From positions 12,944 through 76,943 of the forward strand of contig CAZTZI010000033.1 of NCBI GenBank assembly GCA_964618115.1: 64,000 nucleotides of DNA, in the 5' to 3' direction. This document shows positions 59,216-64,000 of this stretch, in pieces (position 1 is the first letter of the stretch; the number at the start of each line of letters is the position of its first letter). The DNA is from an uncultured Acidimicrobiales bacterium (lineage in GTDB: Bacteria; Actinomycetota; Acidimicrobiia; Acidimicrobiales; CATQHL01). The notes under the pieces were generated by a model. The model worked only from the letters and a program-made list of their open reading frames with translations. It had not been told where the DNA came from and did not search any database. The position numbers and the translations under genes were made by a program.

Positions 59216-59280
59216 CGTACCGATGACCCGGCGCCGCCCCCGGCGGGAGCCCTGCAAGGAACCTGCACTACCCTGAGCCG

Positions 59281-60600
59281 ATGCCCTCGGCGACCGTCAT
59301 CGGTCCTCCCGACCTGGCCCCCGGGACCTTGCCGGACGGCGACGAGGCGGTCGAGGCGGCCCTTCGCCCGCCGGCGTTCACGACCGATCCGTACCCCACC
59401 TACGCCCGCCTGCGGGAAGAGGCCCCCGTCTACTGGAGTCCCTACTTCCGGCAGTGGCTGGTCACCCGGGGAGAGCTCGTGGTCGAGATCGCCCGCACCT
59501 GGGAGATCTTCTCCAGCGTGGGCTGGGACAGCTTCTTCCTGAGCCAGTTGCCGGCCGACCTGCGCCCCGAGATCCCCACGGTCATCGACCACTTCCGCAC
59601 GGTGAACATCTCCACTCAGGATCCGCCGGTGCACACCCGCCTGCGCCGGCTGCTGTCCAAGGCGTTCACGCCGCGGCGCATCGCCATGCTGGAGGACAAG
59701 GTGCGCGCCCGCGCCGAGCGCCTGGTGGACGACGTCGGCGACGGCAACGGCGGGGGCTCCGGCGGCCAGGTGGAGTTCGACCTGATCGCCACCCTGGCCT
59801 ACCCGCTGCCGGTGGCGGTGATCGGCGAGCTCTACGGCGTGGGTGACAGCGACCACGAGGACCTCAAGCGCTGGTCGAAGGCGGTCGTGGCCTACACCGG
59901 GTCGTCGGTCGCCCACCCGCACCTGGCCAGGGAACTGGACACCGCCCTGGCGGAGTTCCGGGCCTACCTCCGCGGGCTCGTCGGCGAGCGCCGGGACCGG
60001 CCCCGCGACGACCTGCTGAGTGACCTTGTGGTAGCGGTGGACGAGGGCGAGCGGCTCACCGAGGAGGAGCTGGTGGCCACATCGATCAACCTGCTCTTCG
60101 CCGGCCACGAGACCACCACCAACCTCATCGGCAACGGCACGCTGGCGCTGCTGCGCCACCCCGACCAACTCGACATCCTGCGCCGCCGCCCCGAGCTGAT
60201 CCCGGGCGCGGTCGAGGAACTGCTGCGCTTCGACAGCCCCGTACAGCGGGTGCGCCGGATCACCACCTGCGACATCACCATCGGCGGCCGGGACATCCCC
60301 GAGGGCACTCCGGTGACGGCGTTCGTGGGCTCGGCCAACCGCGACCCCGACCAGTGGGACAGGCCCGACGAACTCGACGTCACCCGCCCCGACGTCTTCC
60401 CGATGAGCTTCGGCGGCGGCCCGCACTACTGCATCGGCGCCGCACTGGCCCGCCTGGAGGGCCGCGTCGCCTTCGAGACGCTGCTCGACCGCTTCGACGA
60501 GCTGCACCTGGACGGTGGATTCGAGAACCGCTGGCATCCCAACGTGGCGTTCCGCGGCCTGGTGGAGTTGCCGCTGCGAGGAGTGCCGGCCGCCCGCTGA
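59281..60600 (+). CDS. cytochrome P450
   Basis: 439 aa with the I-helix LLFAGHETTTN, EELLRF (ExxR) and the heme loop FGGGPHYCIGAALARLE. Confidence 0.9.
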   Translation: MPSATVIGPPDLAPGTLPDGDEAVEAALRPPAFTTDPYPTYARLREEAPVYWSPYFRQWLVTRGELVVEIARTWEIFSSVGWDSFFLSQLPADLRPEIPTVIDHFRTVNISTQDPPVHTRLRRLLSKAFTPRRIAMLEDKVRARAERLVDDVGDGNGGGSGGQVEFDLIATLAYPLPVAVIGELYGVGDSDHEDLKRWSKAVVAYTGSSVAHPHLARELDTALAEFRAYLRGLVGERRDRPRDDLLSDLVVAVDEGERLTEEELVATSINLLFAGHETTTNLIGNGTLALLRHPDQLDILRRRPELIPGAVEELLRFDSPVQRVRRITTCDITIGGRDIPEGTPVTAFVGSANRDPDQWDRPDELDVTRPDVFPMSFGGGPHYCIGAALARLEGRVAFETLLDRFDELHLDGGFENRWHPNVAFRGLVELPLRGVPAAR

Positions 60601-60614
60601 CCCCGGCGAGCCGG

Positions 60615-63600
60615 TCAGCCGGTCAGCATCTCGATGGCGTCGACCGAGGCGAAGGCGGCGTTGAGGAGTTGGGTCTGCTCCTGGCGGTGGATCCGGTGGG
60701 AACCGGTGGCGGGGCTGGCCGACTCGGGGCGGCTGACACAGACCACGGCTGCGCCGTCGAGTCTTCCCGCCAGGCGGTTCTGGGCGAAGTTCCAACCCCC
60801 CATGTTGCGCGGCTCGTCCTGCAGCCACACGAACTCGCTCGCCTCCGGATAGCCGGCCAGCAACTCGGCGATCCCCTCCGCCGGCCACGGGTAGAGCTGC
60901 TCGATGCGCACCACGGCGGCGGGTGCAGCCAGGGAATCCCGCTTGGCCAGAGCCTCGTGACCGATCTTGCCGCTGCACAGCACGACGCGCTCCACCCTCG
61001 ACGGCGGCGACGGATCGTCCAGCACCGCCCGGAACGATCCCTCGGCGAAGTCCCCGAGGGAGGAGCGGGCCGGCCGGGCCCGCAGCAGCGACTTCGGGCT
61101 GAACACCACCAGCGGCCGCCCCAGCTCCCACAGCGCCTGGCGTCGCAGCAGGTGGAAGTACTGGGCGGCGGTCGTCGGCTGGGCGAGGGTCATGTTGTCC
61201 TCGGCGGCGAGCGTCAGGAACCGCTCGATACGAGCCGAGGAGTGCTCGGGCCCCTGGCCCTCCAGGCCGTGGGGCAGCAGAAGCACCAGCCCGCTGCCCT
61301 GGCGCCACTTGTCCTGGGCGGCCACCAGGAACTGGTCGATGATGATCTGGGCGCCGTTGGCGAAGTCCCCGAACTGCGCCTCCCAGAGTGTGAGCGTCCG
61401 GGGATCGCCCAGCGAGTAGCCGTACTCGAACCCCAGGGCGGCGTACTCCGACAGCAGCGAGTCGTAGATCCACAGGCGGGTGCGGGGCGCGCACAGCGCC
61501 TCCAGAGGTGTGTGCTGGGCGCCGGTGACGTTGTCCACCAGGGTGCTGTGGCGCTGGGAGAACGTGCCCCGACAGGAATCCTGGCCGGTGAGGCGCACCG
61601 AGACGCCCCGACGGACCAGGGTGCCGAGCGCCAGCGTCTCCGCCAGCGCCCAGTCGGTCTCGGAGTCGGCGAACATCCGGTCACGGGCATCCAGGTGCTT
61701 GGCCACGCGGGGGTGCAACGAGAAGCCCTCGGGAAGGTCGCTCAGAACCCGGTAGATGTCCTGCAACTCGCCGACTCCGACAGCGGTGTCCATGTCCGGC
61801 AGGTCGCCGGTCGGCGGCTTGGGCGGGAGCGCCATGGCCTGCCCGTCGGGGAGCTGCGCTCGGGTGACGTCCAGAGCCTCGGCCAGCATGGACTCGAAGC
61901 CGTCCAGCGCCTCGGTCGCGATGGTCATGTCGATCTCGTCCTGCAGCATCAGCCGCTCGACGTAGCCCTTGCGCACCGGGCGGTGCTCGGCGATGCGGTT
62001 GTACATGAGCGGCTGGGTGACGCTGGGGTCGTCGCTCTCGTTGTGGCCGTGGCGGCGGTAGCACCACAGGTCGATCACGATGTCCTTGCCCCACCGCCGG
62101 CGGTACTCGAATGCCAGGCGCCCGGCGCGCACGCAGGCCTCGGGATCGTCGCCATTGACGTGCAGGACCGGCGCCTGGATCATGCGGGCCACGTCGGTGG
62201 GGTAGGGGCTGGAGCGGCCCTCGCTGGCGGTGGCGGTGAACCCCACCTGGTTGTTGATGACCAGGTGGATGGTGCCGCCGACCGAGTAGCCGTCGAGCTG
62301 GGACATGTGCAGGGTCTCGGTCACCACGCCCTGGCCGGCGAAGGCGGCGTCGCCGTGCATGACCAGTGGCAGCACGCTGGTGCTGCACGCCCCGAGCATC
62401 GCCCGCGTGCCCGGCACCCGTGCCGTTCCCGGGTCGGACCCAGACCCGTCCGGGGCGTTGTCATCGGGGGCGGCCTCGTTGTCCAGGTCCATCGTCGGCT
62501 CGGCCGGCGCCAGGGCGCACTCTGTTGCCCCCTCGGTCTCCAGGCGGTCCATGCGGGCCTTGGCCATGCCCACCACCACCGGTCCGACCGCCTCGAGATG
62601 CGACGGGTTGGCGGCCAGGTCCACCCGTAGCGGGTTGCCGGCGGGGCTGGTGAACTTCCCGCTCATGCCGAGGTGGTACTTCACGTCGCCCGAACCCTGC
62701 ACGTCGTCGGGGTCGATGGCGCCCTCGAACTCGCGGAAGAGCTGCCCGTAGGTCTTGCCGACGATGTTGACCAGCACGTTCAGGCGTCCCCGGTGGGCCA
62801 TGCCCATGATCGCCGAGTGCATCCCGGCGTCGGCCGCCTCGCTCAGGATGGCGTCGATGGTGGGGATGACGCTCTCGGCGCCCTCGAGGCCGAAGCGCTT
62901 CTGGCCCACGTAGCGGGCGCCGAGGAACCGCTCGAGGGCCTCCGCGGCGTTCAGCCGGTCCAGGATGCGCAGCTTGTCGTCGTTGCTCAGTTCCGGCTGG
63001 GGCCCCTCCACCTGCTCGCGGATCCAGCGCTTCTCGGCGGGGTCCAGGATGTGGGTGTAGTCCACGCCGAGGGTGCGGCAGTAGGCGTCGCGCATGAGAC
63101 CCAGGATCTCCCGCAGCGGCAGGCGGTCGCGGCCCCCGGCGGCGGCTTCGAGCCCGTTGGACTCGCTCACCTCGAACTCCCTGTCGAGGTCCCAGATGGT
63201 GAGCCCGTGGCCGGCAGGGTCGAGGTCCTGGTGCAGGTCGGGCTCGTTGAGCGCCAGGGGGTCCAGGTCGGCGATCAGGTGGCCCCGGTCGCGGTGGGCG
63301 GCGATGAGGGCGTCCACCTGCGACTGCTTCACCGCCATGGCCGTCGTGGCGTCGGTCCCCATCACGTCGCGCCGCCACTCGACCTCCTTGTAGGGCACGT
63401 CCAGGTCCCGGAAGATGTCGTGGTAGAAGCCGTGCTCGCCGACGAGCAGGTCGTGGACGCCGGCCAGGAAGTCGCCCGACTGGGCTCCCTGGATGATGCG
63501 GTGGTCGTAGGTCGAGGACAGCACCACCACCTTGGAGACTCCCCAACCCGCCAGCGTGTGGGGGTCGGCCCCCTGGAACGCCGCCGGGTAGTCGATGGCT

Positions 63601-64000
63601 CCCACGCCCACGATGAGCCCCTGGCCCGCCATGAGCCGGGGCACCGACCAGCGGGTGCCGAGCATGCCCGGGTTGGTGAGGGTGACGGTGGTGCCGGCGA
63701 AGTCGTCGGCGGTGAGGCGGTTGTTGCGGGTGCGGCGCACCAGCTCGTCGTAGGCCTCGGTGAACTCCCGGAAGCCCATCTCCTCGGCGTGGCGCAGGCA
63801 CGGCACCAGCAGCGTCCGGCTGCCGTCGGAGCGCTCGTGGTCCACGGCCAGACCCAGGCCCACGTGAGGATGGCGCACCACCCTCGGCCGGCCGTCGGGG
63901 CCGTGATGGAACGAGGTGTTCATCTCCGGGTTGCGATCGGCGACCGCCCGCACCACGGCGTAGGCGATGAGGTGGGTGTAGCTGACCCTGGCGCCCCGGG
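60615..64000 (-). CDS. kgd: multifunctional 2-oxoglutarate dehydrogenase/decarboxylase Kgd (E2-like acyltransferase domain fused to E1o); 5' end outside window
   Basis: The frame stays open to the window edge. The N-terminal visible part carries a 2-oxoacid acyltransferase catalytic domain (STYDHRIIQGAQSGDFL). It is followed by the E1o ThDP region (HGDAAFAGQGVV, GGTIHLVINNQVGFT) and the transketolase-like C-terminus, the architecture of mycobacterial Kgd / corynebacterial OdhA. Confidence 0.9.
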   Translation of the reverse strand, partial: RGARVSYTHLIAYAVVRAVADRNPEMNTSFHHGPDGRPRVVRHPHVGLGLAVDHERSDGSRTLLVPCLRHAEEMGFREFTEAYDELVRRTRNNRLTADDFAGTTVTLTNPGMLGTRWSVPRLMAGQGLIVGVGAIDYPAAFQGADPHTLAGWGVSKVVVLSSTYDHRIIQGAQSGDFLAGVHDLLVGEHGFYHDIFRDLDVPYKEVEWRRDVMGTDATTAMAVKQSQVDALIAAHRDRGHLIADLDPLALNEPDLHQDLDPAGHGLTIWDLDREFEVSESNGLEAAAGGRDRLPLREILGLMRDAYCRTLGVDYTHILDPAEKRWIREQVEGPQPELSNDDKLRILDRLNAAEALERFLGARYVGQKRFGLEGAESVIPTIDAILSEAADAGMHSAIMGMAHRGRLNVLVNIVGKTYGQLFREFEGAIDPDDVQGSGDVKYHLGMSGKFTSPAGNPLRVDLAANPSHLEAVGPVVVGMAKARMDRLETEGATECALAPAEPTMDLDNEAAPDDNAPDGSGSDPGTARVPGTRAMLGACSTSVLPLVMHGDAAFAGQGVVTETLHMSQLDGYSVGGTIHLVINNQVGFTATASEGRSSPYPTDVARMIQAPVLHVNGDDPEACVRAGRLAFEYRRRWGKDIVIDLWCYRRHGHNESDDPSVTQPLMYNRIAEHRPVRKGYVERLMLQDEIDMTIATEALDGFESMLAEALDVTRAQLPDGQAMALPPKPPTGDLPDMDTAVGVGELQDIYRVLSDLPEGFSLHPRVAKHLDARDRMFADSETDWALAETLALGTLVRRGVSVRLTGQDSCRGTFSQRHSTLVDNVTGAQHTPLEALCAPRTRLWIYDSLLSEYAALGFEYGYSLGDPRTLTLWEAQFGDFANGAQIIIDQFLVAAQDKWRQGSGLVLLLPHGLEGQGPEHSSARIERFLTLAAEDNMTLAQPTTAAQYFHLLRRQALWELGRPLVVFSPKSLLRARPARSSLGDFAEGSFRAVLDDPSPPSRVERVVLCSGKIGHEALAKRDSLAAPAAVVRIEQLYPWPAEGIAELLAGYPEASEFVWLQDEPRNMGGWNFAQNRLAGRLDGAAVVCVSRPESASPATGSHRIHRQEQTQLLNAAFASVDAIEMLTG

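Noticed and set aside
60598-60640. Direct repeat AGCCGGTC-AGCCGGTC at the convergent P450/kgd junction.
   Set aside because: It is an 8-nt duplication spanning the kgd stop codon region. This is too short to be meaningful and is likely chance in GC-rich DNA.
1-64000. Search for rRNA, tRNA, transposase, integrase, phage or toxin-antitoxin genes and island boundaries.
   Set aside because: None found by eye. All intergenic regions are under 270 nt, and none shows cloverleaf-compatible sequence or long terminal inverted repeats apart from the TACTCTAAA motif pair, which I reported separately.

Overview
The window is 64 kb of very GC-rich DNA (about 70% by eye), densely packed with genes that often overlap by 4 nt (ATGA/GTGA junctions). 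The NucS endonuclease, the MurT/GatD pair, a fused E2-E1 Kgd-type 2-oxoglutarate dehydrogenase and several apparently leaderless promoters point to an actinobacterial chromosome (Acidimicrobiia/Actinomycetes-like). I support 53 protein-coding regions, one of them a gene relic, and found no rRNA, tRNA, CRISPR array, transposase or integrase. From about 2.2 to 51.8 kb the window is one long run of catabolic genes. It holds four ABC importers: two BMP/nucleoside-type and two ribose-type. All four have lipoprotein binding proteins carrying PAPEP-type Pro/Ala/Glu linkers. The enzymes include two MHPCO-like FAD ring-opening monooxygenases, two paralogous amidohydrolases, RidA deaminases, alpha/beta hydrolases, an ACMSD-type amidohydrolase_2 and an SDR. 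They also include three luciferase-like (LLM) oxidoreductases, a GMC oxidase with its small subunit, a lone molybdopterin XDH-family large subunit next to a DUF1116/AllH-like gene, two M20 deacylases, HyuA/HyuB, a NodB-type deacetylase, a YhfX-like racemase and NagB. Only one classical regulator (ROK) is present. The right end (51.8-64 kb) is housekeeping: a MenJ-like reductase, a VanW protein, nucS, cysQ, gatD-murT, a P450 and kgd. The most interesting items are: (1) an AlbA_2/Schlafen-type ATPase-wHTH gene bracketed by a TACTCTAAA motif family that includes a perfect 31-nt palindrome; (2) a rearranged, duplicated oxygenase/hydrolase/RidA/amidohydrolase module with an alpha/beta-hydrolase relic still translationally coupled to the oxygenase, which suggests an undescribed hydroxypyridine-type N-heterocycle pathway; (3) a SAM-methyltransferase fused to a Mug/TDG-family DNA glycosylase; (4) several small repeat elements, namely a 26-nt REP-like palindrome present twice, a 22-bp perfect direct repeat and a 3x14-bp tandem repeat; and (5) a BMP-type transporter whose second permease gene sits inverted 2.3 kb upstream of the rest of the transporter. 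All functional calls come from reading the translated ORFs and recalling family motifs; no database search was run.
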